A stretch of DNA of 57,044 nt from a virus (IMGVR_UViG_3300028908_000011:1-57044); one strand, 5' to 3'. Positions 1 through 9,183 are shown, numbered from the stretch's first letter. The notes: generated by a model from the sequence alone, not told the origin. A program made the numbers and translations.

Positions 1-127
1 GGTTAAAAACGACCTCTTATCTTTTAACTCTGCTTCCATTTTTTCAAAATTTTTTATCAATTTTTTTATCGATTTTTTCTTGATCTTCATGTATTTTTTT
101 CTCCTTTTTTTATTAATTTTTTGTCAA
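1..127. repeat. 127-bp terminal direct repeat, copy 1 (assembly circularity overlap)
   Basis: Identical to 56918-57044; 127 is a common maximum assembler k-mer. Confidence 0.95.
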
Positions 128-235
128 ATATTTACTAAAGAAACCAGCTGGAAACTTTTCCAAATACTTGATAAAAAACTCCGGATATAAACCTATAGGA
201 ATCCTTCCGAAATGTTTTTGAACTTTTTTTGCTAG

Positions 236-712
236 GTGTTCCACTTTCAAACCTTAAAGCCGTGGAACACTCCATTTGAAGGGGTGTTCCATCGAACTGT
301 TCCAACTGGAACACTTCCGAAACTTAAACGAAAAGCCGTTTTTTCCAAACCTTAAGCGTTGGAACACTCCATTTGAAGGGGTGTTCCATTGGAATCACTT
401 CCTCGAAAATCGCTCGAAACTTAAACCAAAAAAACAAAACCTTAAGCGTTGGAACACTCCATTTGAAGGGGTGTTCCATTAACTTTTATCAACTGGAACA
501 CTTCCGAAACTTAAAGTTATTTTTCTAGCAGTTTCCAAACCTTAAGCGTTGGAACACTCCATTTAAAGGGGTGTTCCATTGGAATCACTTCCTCGAAAAT
601 CGCTCGAAACTTAAGAAAAATATACCATTTTTCAAACCTTAAAGCCGTGGAACACTCCATTTGAAGGGGTGTTCCATCGAACTGTTCCAAATGGAACACT
701 TCCGAAACTTAA
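236..712. repeat. Array of five ~78-bp units, each with the inverted repeat TGGAACACTCC-ATTTRAA-GGGGTGTTCCA
   Basis: Units start with AAACCTTAA at 249, 347, 437, 537, 634 and end with GAAACTTAA; inverted repeats at 263-291, 360-388, 450-478, 550-578, 648-676; 14 exact TGGAACAC/GTGTTCCA octamers counted by eye. Confidence 0.95.
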
Positions 713-714
713 AT

Positions 715-2274
715 TTAATAGTCTTTTTGCATATATTCAAAAAACTTATCTGTCGGTCTTGTTTTTTCTCCCTTCCTAACTATAAATAGTTCCTCTTTAT
801 CTTTGTAGAACTTTGTTACATCTCTCGGGTGCAATATAAGCTCATCTATTATCTCTCTTGCACTTGGAACCTCACCGGTCTTTTCATATACCTCTTTTAT
901 ATAGTTCAATATAGCTGTATTTTTATCTATGTTGATAGCTATGTCTATGTCTCCGGCTTCAACTTTTTTCTTATCGTTTTCATACCTTTGAAGCTCAGCT
1001 TCTTCTATGCTCTTGTCTATGTCTTCAAGCGTTACTGACGGCTTAAAATCATCCGTCTCTTTATTATTAACTTCCGGTAAATCTTCATTTACTTCCGGTA
1101 AAGTTTCATTTACTGCTTGCATTTCTGTTTTGAACTCATTTTTAGCAGCAGAGTAGGGCGGTTTAACTGTTACAGCCTTCTTAAATATCCCTGCATTTAG
1201 ATCGCTGTTTTTTGCATTATCAAAACTTCTTAGCGCGTCTTCAAAGCTTCGATTATGCATGTAATCCATAGCGGATAGAGCCAGAAATACAAATACTGCA
1301 ACTATCCAGTAATATGAATCTTTTATCTTGTTATTTATCTGAGCTATTCTTCCATTTAGTCTGGTCTGTAATCCAACTAACTCATCTTGATATTTCTTAA
1401 GATCGAACCTTATTTTTGCCAGATCTTTCTCAGCGCTCTCTAGCCATACCTTCTTAGCGTCCTTCTTTGATACCTTAGAGGCGTTTAGCCTCTCTTCCAA
1501 AGGTCTAACCATTGCATTGTACTTTTCAGCCATTAGAGCGCGTGCTATGCGTGTAAATGAACCGTCTTTATTTAGGTTTATCTTTTTCTTTTTCTCTAAC
1601 GCTTCTATCTTCTTGTAGGAGAGTAGGGCGCTCTTGTACTCTTTTTCAAGCTTTTTAATATCTTCCGTGTTTCCGGACCCGTAATTATCATCTATTTTTC
1701 TCTTACCCTCTTTGACTTCATTTATCTTTATAGATAGTTTTTCTTCAAGGGTTTTATAATGCTCAACTCTTGCTTTGTTTATATTTACTTCATCTACGTA
1801 AGCACTTGGAACAAGTGCCATTATAACGGTGTTTTTTGCGCCTCCCACAAAGGTATATAGTTGCGTTGCGGTAAGAAGGCTTATCGCCATAGCTCTTATA
1901 AAAAGGATTGCTATATCATCGCCTCTTTTGACTGCATCAAATGTTCCAGACATTGTCTTAGTTGAGCTTATCTCCAGGATATAAGACAACATTACAGATG
2001 TAACAGCCGTGTATAGAAAAATAGGGTATCCCTGTCTTTCCAATAGCGTTAGATCTATTCCTATATTGTTTAAAGGCACTCTCAGCCACTCCGGGAGTGA
2101 GTACATTAACATCATTGTGGTTGAAAATAGAGATATGAAGTGAAAAAAGTATTTTGCAAGTAAGAAATAAAAGCTATCTCTTAGTCTTTTTCTTATTCTC
2201 TCTTTTATGTACTTTGGGTTTTTTAATAGCATTGTCTTTTGACCCACGATTGCTATTTCCGCGATTCTTAACAT
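715..2274 (-). CDS. Multi-pass membrane protein with long coiled coil and C-terminal winged-helix-like domain
   Basis: 519 aa; several N-terminal hydrophobic segments, K/E-rich coiled coil, TM YYWIVAVFVFLALSAM, C-terminal ILNYIKEVYEKTGEVPSAREI resembling a LexA-type wHTH. Confidence 0.7.
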   Translation of the reverse strand: MLRIAEIAIVGQKTMLLKNPKYIKERIRKRLRDSFYFLLAKYFFHFISLFSTTMMLMYSLPEWLRVPLNNIGIDLTLLERQGYPIFLYTAVTSVMLSYILEISSTKTMSGTFDAVKRGDDIAILFIRAMAISLLTATQLYTFVGGAKNTVIMALVPSAYVDEVNINKARVEHYKTLEEKLSIKINEVKEGKRKIDDNYGSGNTEDIKKLEKEYKSALLSYKKIEALEKKKKINLNKDGSFTRIARALMAEKYNAMVRPLEERLNASKVSKKDAKKVWLESAEKDLAKIRFDLKKYQDELVGLQTRLNGRIAQINNKIKDSYYWIVAVFVFLALSAMDYMHNRSFEDALRSFDNAKNSDLNAGIFKKAVTVKPPYSAAKNEFKTEMQAVNETLPEVNEDLPEVNNKETDDFKPSVTLEDIDKSIEEAELQRYENDKKKVEAGDIDIAINIDKNTAILNYIKEVYEKTGEVPSAREIIDELILHPRDVTKFYKDKEELFIVRKGEKTRPTDKFFEYMQKDY

Positions 2275-2422
2275 TACTTTTCCTTTTTCCTTGTTTTTTT
2301 GTCTTTTTATTGTTTCTTATGTAGCTTGTAAGCCACAATAGATAAGCACCCATCATAAAGACAAGTGCAACTTTTAAAATGAAGCCGTAAGCGCTTAACT
2401 GCGCGTATATGCTCATTTTCAT
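2174..2422 (-). CDS. Hypothetical single-TM protein with basic tail
   Basis: 82 aa, AAGGAG RBS, hydrophobic segment. Confidence 0.55.
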   Translation of the reverse strand: MKMSIYAQLSAYGFILKVALVFMMGAYLLWLTSYIRNNKKTKKQGKRKSNVKNRGNSNRGSKDNAIKKPKVHKRENKKKTKR

Positions 2423-2427
2423 ACTCC

Positions 2428-2910
2428 TTAGATAGAAGACAGAAATTTTTCTGCTTTTTCTATTTTGTTAGCTTGCCTCTCAATATATCTTCTCTCGTCT
2501 TCTACTATGTTTTTTATATTTTCTATAAGCTGTTCGATTTTGTCGAACGCTATTTTGTTAGTAACTACTTCTTTCCAGTCTTTTTTAATCTCCTCTGAAA
2601 ACTCTCCGCAATCGGTAGATACCCATCTTAGCTCACCAGCGTCATAGTCATAGAAACGCTCTCTATTCAATAAGCATATCTCTCCGTCTTTATATGCTAT
2701 GACTAGCTCTTCGTCATCTTCTCCACCAGGATTTCCGTAGTCATAAAAGGCTAACCTAACCATTCGATCGCACCTTTCAAACCTAGTGTTATCCAGTATT
2801 GTTTTAAATTCTTCTACTAGCTCTATGAACTTATTTCTAAGCTCATTAGCCTGTCTCGTCCTGAGATCTTTTATTTCTTTTAGTTCTTCAATGATTTTTT
2901 TTGTGTCCAT
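2428..2910 (-). CDS. Hypothetical protein
   Basis: 160 aa ORF with RBS, directly downstream of promoter cassette copy 1. Confidence 0.75.
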   Translation of the reverse strand: MDTKKIIEELKEIKDLRTRQANELRNKFIELVEEFKTILDNTRFERCDRMVRLAFYDYGNPGGEDDEELVIAYKDGEICLLNRERFYDYDAGELRWVSTDCGEFSEEIKKDWKEVVTNKIAFDKIEQLIENIKNIVEDERRYIERQANKIEKAEKFLSSI

Positions 2911-2934
2911 GCTAAATCCTTTTCCTTGTTTTGG

Positions 2935-2952
2935 TGGGTTAATTATAACCTA
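2935..2952 (-). promoter_or_regulatory. Promoter/operator cassette copy 1 (core palindrome, degenerate)
   Basis: TGGGTTAATTATAACCTA; minus strand contains TATAAT. Confidence 0.75.
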
Positions 2953-2992
2953 TTAAATTTTAAAATTTTATTAAATTCTATTAAATTTCATA

Positions 2993-3853
2993 TTAGAAAT
3001 CATAATAGGGTAGGGCGGTGACTTGACTCTTTATCAATTCGTATGCCTTTTTAGACTCCTTCCATCTGTCAACAGTCGCATAATGCTTTAACATACCTGC
3101 GAAAAGAGTCTCTACGCTATGCCCAAGACTTGCCATGGCTGTCTGCTGGTTACCACCGTGCGCTATTACATTGCTTGCTAAAAGCGATCTGTATTTGTGC
3201 GCTGTTATATTGACTCCGGATAGTAGGGCAATATCTTTGTTGTGTTTGTAATACTTATAGTTTGTATGGTTGTTAAACACATAAATAGAGCTATTATCGC
3301 GATCTTTGAGTAGGGCGGATATCTCATCCGGCAAGTAGTAAGTTTGTTCTTTATCGCCGTTTTTTGTGTTTCTAATGGTATAAGACGGTCGATCGAAATC
3401 TATATCTCTCCACTCCAGATTTTCTATTTCTGACTTCCTTCGTCCGAAAAAAGCGAAAAAGAATAGCGCCTTCCAGTATGGATCACCTAAGCTGCTTATT
3501 GCTTCATATGTTGCTTTTAACTTATGACTGAAATCCTGCTGTGGCTGAATCTTTGTTTTAGGTCTGTGGATATAAGAGACTAACCCGGTATAGTCTCTCA
3601 AAGCTGGTCTTAATATCCTAGCAACATTTTGAAGTGATCTCCCTGATAGTCTTTTTCTCTTTACGTTGAAGTGATAATCATCGACTTGTCTTGCAAGAGA
3701 TTTGAAAAACTCTTTTGTGGCTTCTTCTATTTTCATATCTCCAACTATAGGAAGTATCCATTTGTCGAAAAATCTGATTAGTGCCTGATCTTCTTTTGAG
3801 TAGTTTTTTGTTTTGAAGTGTAGATATACTGCTTCTTTTATTGTAGTTATCAA
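2993..3853 (-). CDS. Tyrosine recombinase (integrase/resolvase)
   Basis: Catalytic motifs GRRKSE, TKNG, HKYR, LGH and HY. Confidence 0.9.
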   Translation of the reverse strand: MITTIKEAVYLHFKTKNYSKEDQALIRFFDKWILPIVGDMKIEEATKEFFKSLARQVDDYHFNVKRKRLSGRSLQNVARILRPALRDYTGLVSYIHRPKTKIQPQQDFSHKLKATYEAISSLGDPYWKALFFFAFFGRRKSEIENLEWRDIDFDRPSYTIRNTKNGDKEQTYYLPDEISALLKDRDNSSIYVFNNHTNYKYYKHNKDIALLSGVNITAHKYRSLLASNVIAHGGNQQTAMASLGHSVETLFAGMLKHYATVDRWKESKKAYELIKSQVTALPYYDF

Positions 3854-3976
3854 TTTGTGTCTCCGGTTATGTTTTTGCCTAAAAGTGGCTAAAAAACATT
3901 ATACCCGAAGTAGTATCAAAATAGTCATCTCGACTATTTTGATATTTTTATATCCCCTTTTATGTGTAGATATGTA

Positions 3977-4204
3977 TCACTCTTCGTCAAGATCTATAAT
4001 TATATTACCTCTTTTTTGGCGTATAGCATCAGCTATCTTCATAGCAAAGTTCCGATTTAAACCATCAAGCTCTATCGGGTGATCTCCTCCAGTAGATATA
4101 ACCATTTTATAGCCGTCTGTTATTGCAAGTATCGCAACCGTGAAAACTTTATGCTCGTCTATCATTACATACATATTTAGTTTTTTACTTTTTATGGTTA
4201 TCAA
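3977..4204 (-). CDS. Hypothetical protein
   Basis: 75 aa ORF coupled to upstream gene. Confidence 0.6.
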   Translation of the reverse strand: MITIKSKKLNMYVMIDEHKVFTVAILAITDGYKMVISTGGDHPIELDGLNRNFAMKIADAIRQKRGNIIIDLDEE

Positions 4205-4725
4205 TTTGATTTTCCTTTTCTTGCTAAATTTTTTATTTCGTTTTTAATCTCAATCACTTTTATAAAAGACATGGCTTGTGCATAAGGTACCATAGCGACT
4301 CTTTCAAGTGCCTCATGCATGCCGATTGTATCTATTTTGTGCTTTTTGATCACGTTGTTTTTGATAAAAGGAATTTTGTCTGTTTTATTTGCGTTTGATG
4401 TTAAAAAATGGATCTTTTCGTCATCACTTTTAGCAAGAAATTTGTCAATATCAATATTTAGTGCTTTGCACTTGAAGTTCTTACAAGCTAAGAACCTGTC
4501 GCTATATATCTTACACCCACCTGTTCCAATTTCCAAAAAAGGACAATGCTTAATACCCTCTTTTGTTTCTTCCTGCTCTATAGATACAAACCTCTTTCTG
4601 TCTCTCTTTACTGATACAAGCTTAGCCCCGTACTTTTTCGCTTTTATTATTTCTGCCTCGCTTGCCATAGCTGGGGGGTTAAAACAGCACACCCCCAAGC
4701 AGTCTTTACATGTGAAGTTGTTCAT
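4201..4725 (-). CDS. YkgJ-family cysteine-cluster (Zn or Fe-S) protein
   Basis: CKDCLGVCC...CPFL...GCKIYSDR..ACKNFKC pattern. Confidence 0.8.
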   Translation of the reverse strand: MNNFTCKDCLGVCCFNPPAMASEAEIIKAKKYGAKLVSVKRDRKRFVSIEQEETKEGIKHCPFLEIGTGGCKIYSDRFLACKNFKCKALNIDIDKFLAKSDDEKIHFLTSNANKTDKIPFIKNNVIKKHKIDTIGMHEALERVAMVPYAQAMSFIKVIEIKNEIKNLARKGKSN

Positions 4726-4904
4726 CTTAACTGCCTTATAGATTTTCCTTTGTAGTTTTTCAAGATTTTTCTAGTCTTTATCAGCATACTTATATACTCT
4801 TTTTTTCCAAACTTGCTTATAGTTCCGTCTAGGTTTAAAGCCGTTACCTCTTTGTCGTCCTTTATGAAGCCTGACTTTCTTTTGTAGTACTCTGCCATAT
4901 CCAT
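4722..4904 (-). CDS. Hypothetical protein
   Basis: 60 aa, AAGGAG RBS, overlaps next start. Confidence 0.6.
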   Translation of the reverse strand: MDMAEYYKRKSGFIKDDKEVTALNLDGTISKFGKKEYISMLIKTRKILKNYKGKSIRQLR

Positions 4905-4927
4905 TATTCATATCTCCTTGTTTTTTC

Positions 4928-5818
4928 TTAATATTTCTTAGCTATCCACTCTGGTATATGTAATGTCTCAATAAACCCGCTCTCTGAAAAATCACCGTTT
5001 GTGAGTGCTGATCTTATTTCGCCTAAAGACTTTTGATACTGCTCTCTCCCGTGTTCAATTAACATTCTCGGCATTTTGTATAACTGGCATTTAAAGTCTT
5101 CTTTTGATGTAAAAAGGAGTCCTGAACCGCTTACTTTTAGCCCGGCATTTTTGCAAACGTCCTCATAAAAAGCCATTTGCAAACAGTATAGGTAATCATG
5201 CACTGCGTATAGCGTTCTTCTGCTATACATTTCTTCGCCTGTGGTTTTCAAGTCAACTAAAAATAAGGATCCGTCTTCTTCGATAAAGGGTATATCTATC
5301 TTCACTTTGCATTTTATACCGTCTATATCACTTTCAACAACTATTTCTTTTAGTTCTGCACCTTCAAGTACAACATCGTATTTTTTCATGATGTTGTCTC
5401 TCATCTTTTCTATGTCTTCAAACTGCGTGCGTGTTAAATACTCCCTGTCGTCATCATCCTGCACATCTCCAACTGCGAACAGATCGTAAAACTTATGGGG
5501 TTCCAGGATATAAGTATGGAGCGCGGATCCGTACGTTAAAGCGTCACTCTCTTGAAACTCATAACCGCTTATCAAAAGATCGTATAGGTTTCTTTTGTAA
5601 ATACTTTTCAAATCTGATGCTCTCCATATAGCACTTTCAAGCTCTCTGTTTGAAAATGCTTCATGCGGGTTTCCTAACCTAGCATAATCATTGTCGCTCA
5701 TATCAATTTTAACTGCTTTATTGCTAAAGAGAGGGTTAGATATGTCTAACTCCTCTTTTGTCTCTCTATGTGTCTCTTTTTCCTCGTTTTGTGTACTAAA
5801 AAGATCTAATTCAAGCAT
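4928..5818 (-). CDS. RecE-like PD-(D/E)XK exonuclease (DUF3799-type)
   Basis: GSALHTYILEP, KVKID, VDLKTT, YCLQMAFY motifs; next to RecT-like gene. Confidence 0.85.
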   Translation of the reverse strand: MLELDLFSTQNEEKETHRETKEELDISNPLFSNKAVKIDMSDNDYARLGNPHEAFSNRELESAIWRASDLKSIYKRNLYDLLISGYEFQESDALTYGSALHTYILEPHKFYDLFAVGDVQDDDDREYLTRTQFEDIEKMRDNIMKKYDVVLEGAELKEIVVESDIDGIKCKVKIDIPFIEEDGSLFLVDLKTTGEEMYSRRTLYAVHDYLYCLQMAFYEDVCKNAGLKVSGSGLLFTSKEDFKCQLYKMPRMLIEHGREQYQKSLGEIRSALTNGDFSESGFIETLHIPEWIAKKY

Positions 5819-5835
5819 TGCACCACTCCCCTACT

Positions 5836-6630
5836 CTAATAAAGAGACTTAGCCATTTTTTTTGGCTTCTCTTGCTTATCTGTCTCTTTGCTTATCTCCT
5901 GAACATCTATAGCTTCCCCGGTTTCATAGTCAACATTTATTTTGTCAACCTTTTCAAAAGATAGATCCTTTCTTTGACTAGGTATGAAAAACTCTTTATA
6001 TGCCCTTCTACATGCCTTATGCTTCCAAGTCTGGATCTTGAATCTCTCATCTTTCAGTGTTTTAGTTACTGACTTACAGTAGTTGATATCGATAAACTTT
6101 GTTTGCTCTGGGATCTCACCTCTTAGATCTTTTAGCTTTATATCGTACCCAACTAGGCTATTTTCAACCCACTCTGAATTAGATGTGTCTATACTCGCCT
6201 GTTCTTCTCTTGTAAGCTCACTTTCTGCTTTGATTTTCCCGTTTATGTTAAAAACTGGGTCTATAGATAGAAACATCCCTGCTCTATAAGCAATCTGCTT
6301 AAGCCCGTTGTCTGGTAGTACTGCCTGTGGGATCATCACCTTTACACCGTTTATTTTTGTGTCAAAAGGGATAATGTAACACTCGCCTGCAATCGGGTTA
6401 ATGTTTATTCCCATTTTAGTCACATCAAGCGCGAACTTAAAAAGCTCTTTTGGAGCTACTAGCCCCATAAGGTAGTCATTTGTAGCCAACTCCATAAAGT
6501 TTGCTTTAAACTCGCCCTGCTTATCCTCCGGGAGTGTTTCCAGCAACTTAGTATTATTCTGTACTGCTTTCATAAGAGCGTTTTTCCGCTCCCTAAGTGT
6601 TGTTATCGCTGTGTTTTGTGCATCACTCAT
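5836..6630 (-). CDS. RecT-like single-strand annealing recombinase
   Basis: MGININPIAGECYIIPF and C-terminal KHKACRRAYK motifs; start taken at MSDAQ (6630). Confidence 0.75.
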   Translation of the reverse strand: MSDAQNTAITTLRERKNALMKAVQNNTKLLETLPEDKQGEFKANFMELATNDYLMGLVAPKELFKFALDVTKMGININPIAGECYIIPFDTKINGVKVMIPQAVLPDNGLKQIAYRAGMFLSIDPVFNINGKIKAESELTREEQASIDTSNSEWVENSLVGYDIKLKDLRGEIPEQTKFIDINYCKSVTKTLKDERFKIQTWKHKACRRAYKEFFIPSQRKDLSFEKVDKINVDYETGEAIDVQEISKETDKQEKPKKMAKSLY

Positions 6631-6631
6631 T

Positions 6632-7501
6632 TTATGCCCCTTGTTTGATATTAATTTCTGCATTTGCAAGTTTTGTTTTTTTAAGCTCGGACTTAACAAA
6701 TGCTTCCATTTTTTCAAGCGTTGCGCCTTTTGCTTTCACTTTGAAGCAAACAGTAAATACATCGCTCTCTATATCTTTTGGAGCTTCTTTCACTTCCGGC
6801 TTGTTTTTACTTGCATATTCCGCGACTGCCTTTGCCCGCTCTATTTCCTTGACTCTTTCAATTTCTGCAAGTCTTTCTTTTTCTTTATGTTCTTCAATCG
6901 CTTTTCTTTTTAGTTCTTCTTCGCGGGCTTTTCTTTCTGCTTCCGCCTTTTCTTTTTCAAATTTTTCTATAAGGGCTTTATTTTTTGCGATATCTATATC
7001 TGCGTCAATAGCTTCTTTACCTGCCTTTGTGAGATCCCTAACTCTAAAGAGATCTTTAGCATAAAAGGTAACGTTCCCAAGCTTATAATGCTTAGATATA
7101 TCAATATTTACATCGACACCTGTTTCTGCTTTGATCTCCTTTTTTTTGCCCATGTAGTAAGAGGTTATCGCGTCCTGCATAGCCACTACCCTCTTCGACT
7201 CAAATTCTTTTAGACTCATGTTGATTTTAGTTCTGTTATCCTCCAAGATCTTGATAAGCTCGTCGCGCTTACTTTTTATGTCCTTGATCTCTTCGTTTAA
7301 AGGCTCTAAGATGGTTTTGAAATACTCTGTAACCTCTTTTTTCGCCTTGTTTAAAGTTGTACTTGCGCCTTTTGCTAGTTTCAAGTTTTTTTCTGAAACT
7401 TCTATCATTGATAGTTTTTTTGCTTCAAGCTCTATCAACTCCTTTGCCTCAACAAATGTCAATTCACTAAGCCCCGCTGAAATCTTGATTAAATTTGACA
7501 T
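6632..7501 (-). CDS. DUF1351-like coiled-coil protein of the recombination module
   Basis: KLAKGASTTLNKAKK pattern, coiled coil, position upstream of RecT/RecE-like genes. Confidence 0.55.
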   Translation of the reverse strand: MSNLIKISAGLSELTFVEAKELIELEAKKLSMIEVSEKNLKLAKGASTTLNKAKKEVTEYFKTILEPLNEEIKDIKSKRDELIKILEDNRTKINMSLKEFESKRVVAMQDAITSYYMGKKKEIKAETGVDVNIDISKHYKLGNVTFYAKDLFRVRDLTKAGKEAIDADIDIAKNKALIEKFEKEKAEAERKAREEELKRKAIEEHKEKERLAEIERVKEIERAKAVAEYASKNKPEVKEAPKDIESDVFTVCFKVKAKGATLEKMEAFVKSELKKTKLANAEINIKQGA

Positions 7502-7528
7502 ATTATCTCCTTGTTTAAATTTTATTGG

Positions 7529-7546
7529 TAGGTTAATTATAACCTA
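7529..7546 (-). promoter_or_regulatory. Promoter/operator cassette copy 2, driving the recombination operon
   Basis: TAGGTTAATTATAACCTA with conserved flank. Confidence 0.85.
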
Positions 7547-7632
7547 TGTTAGATAATATAATACTTAAAATTTAATAGTTTTTGAAAAAAAGTTGATTTT
7601 GATTTAAAAGAGTAGTTTTTTTGGAGTATGAC

Positions 7633-7648
7633 CCGCCATGAGTGGCGG
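7633..7648. terminator. GC hairpin at the end of the lysis cluster
   Basis: CCGCCA-tgag-TGGCGG; weak U tract. Confidence 0.45.
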
Positions 7649-7653
7649 ATCTT

Positions 7654-7902
7654 TTACTTGAGTAGTAGTTCGTATATCTTTAGTGCTTCTCCACCTAGTT
7701 TATCGCCTTTTTTGTATTGATAACACTTTTTTACAGAAATGTTGTTATCGCACATTTTAGGCATTTCCTCAACGCATAAGCCATCTTTTTTGATGTACTT
7801 ACCGTTTTCAAGTTTCAAGATCGCCGTATCCTCTTTTACAGTCTTTATGCCTGCATATAGAGATACACTTGCGATCATTATCATCGCTATAATTTTTTTC
7901 AT
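7654..7902 (-). CDS. Small secreted protein
   Basis: Signal peptide MKKIIAMIMIASVSLYA; coupled to endolysin stop. Confidence 0.65.
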   Translation of the reverse strand: MKKIIAMIMIASVSLYAGIKTVKEDTAILKLENGKYIKKDGLCVEEMPKMCDNNISVKKCYQYKKGDKLGGEALKIYELLLK

Positions 7903-8567
7903 GACTCTTTACCGCCTTCGCTAAAATCTTCTGCCATATTAGGCACTGTTAAAAGATATTTATCTTCGTATCCAATAGGCACTCTAAAACCTTTCCAAGT
8001 GTCTTTTTTGTACTTAGAGATCCTTACGCTGTCTTTCTGGTTTCCGCCCAAGATATAGAAGTAATGTCTATCCTCTCCTACTAAAAAGCCAACATGTCCA
8101 CCTACTGCTTTACCTTCGCTGTTATATCTTGCTTTTACTGCAATAGCTCCGAATACCGGTTCACTCTCTTCACCGTGGTTCAGCCAATCAAGAGCGCGTG
8201 CGGAATCCATAGAATCATATCCGGCTTCTTCCATAACCCAATTAACAAAAGATGCACACCAAGGAGTTTCGTCATCTTTGAACCAAGTAGCTACGCTATG
8301 ATGATACTTCATTACCTCAGGGTTATCTGCTTCACCGTGCCACTCTTTTGTGCCTATTTCGCCTTTTGCGACATTTATGTAGTCAAGCGTGTCATTATTT
8401 GCTAACCTTTCAAGCAGAATATCTTCTAAGCTATAATCTCCGAAATCATCAAGCGCCGCTTGCGTGTTTCTTCCATAAATGCCGTCTTCGTCAAGCCCAT
8501 ACCCTCCAAGCTTGTTAAGCATTTTTTGAACGGTAATAACTCCGTATCTGTCGAAAATAATATTCAT
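7899..8567 (-). CDS. Endolysin: peptidoglycan-binding domain plus TIGR02594/NlpC-P60-like peptidase
   Basis: DGIYGRNTQAAL; DDETPWCASFVNW; GGHVGF; ILGGNQ. Confidence 0.88.
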   Translation of the reverse strand: MNIIFDRYGVITVQKMLNKLGGYGLDEDGIYGRNTQAALDDFGDYSLEDILLERLANNDTLDYINVAKGEIGTKEWHGEADNPEVMKYHHSVATWFKDDETPWCASFVNWVMEEAGYDSMDSARALDWLNHGEESEPVFGAIAVKARYNSEGKAVGGHVGFLVGEDRHYFYILGGNQKDSVRISKYKKDTWKGFRVPIGYEDKYLLTVPNMAEDFSEGGKES

Positions 8568-8624
8568 TATTTCCCCCTATATGTTTTATTCCGCCCTCCC
8601 GCCCGTGCCTCGGACGTGCCCCTT

Positions 8625-8771
8625 TTATTTTTTTAAAACTGTCTTTGCTATTTTAGCTACAATTAAAAGTAAAATTACAACTGCTGCAAAATCAATATAC
8701 CAGTATCCGGTATCTGCTTTTATCTTGCTACCAAATGCCTGTACTTCTATTATTTTGTCATTGTTTGCCAT
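8625..8771 (-). CDS. 48-aa single-TM protein (not in ORF track)
   Basis: Manual translation MANNDKIIEVQAFGSKIKADTGYWYIDFAAVVILLLIVAKIAKTVFKK; lies between holin and endolysin. Confidence 0.55.
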   Translation of the reverse strand: MANNDKIIEVQAFGSKIKADTGYWYIDFAAVVILLLIVAKIAKTVLKK

Positions 8772-9180
8772 GCTTTACCTTACTATACTTCTCAAAGCCT
8801 CTTGAACCAAAATAGAATGATACAGAGGTAACTAAAAGCGTTTGAAATAGTGTTATCCATCCATCCGAAACACTAAAGTCTATCTTGTTAAAGGAGTCAA
8901 TAAAAGCCATTGCGGAAACAACGACTATCGTATATGACAAAAATAGCGGTCTTACATTTTTACTCAACCAGCTGTCGCTAGTCATATCAGCTTTTAGTCT
9001 TTTTGTTAACTCTTTGTTGTTTCTTGACTCAATCTCTTTCAGTTTTATTTCATGCTCTCTTGCAAGTTTTTCAAACTCGATCTTAAATTTTTTCTTGTCT
9101 TCCGGTGACATGTGAAATTTATCTATTATTTCTCCTGCTCCGGATATAAATCCTTTTGTTATTCCGTCAAAAATTCCCAT
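8758..9180 (-). CDS. Holin (3TM/GTA-holin-like)
   Basis: DMTSDSWLSKNVRP and FYFGSRGFEK motifs with TM segments. Confidence 0.8.
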   Translation of the reverse strand: MGIFDGITKGFISGAGEIIDKFHMSPEDKKKFKIEFEKLAREHEIKLKEIESRNNKELTKRLKADMTSDSWLSKNVRPLFLSYTIVVVSAMAFIDSFNKIDFSVSDGWITLFQTLLVTSVSFYFGSRGFEKYSKVKHGKQ

Positions 9181-9183
9181 TTC

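Noticed and set aside
276-699. ORFs 276-482 (+) and 517-699 (-)
   Set aside because: By-products of the DNA repeat array with no credible RBS
249-712. CRISPR array (29-bp palindromic repeat, five copies)
   Set aside because: Intervening sequences are 61-71 bp and largely repeated between units rather than unique; no cas genes
2993-3853. Protelomerase (GRR motif)
   Set aside because: Has the standard HxxR and LGH...Y recombinase motifs, is short, and no long perfect telomere palindrome was seen
7527-7554. dif/pdif-like site in the cassette (CTATGTTAGAT resembles the XerD arm)
   Set aside because: That arm varies among the ten copies while the promoter palindrome is conserved; the XerC arm match is poor
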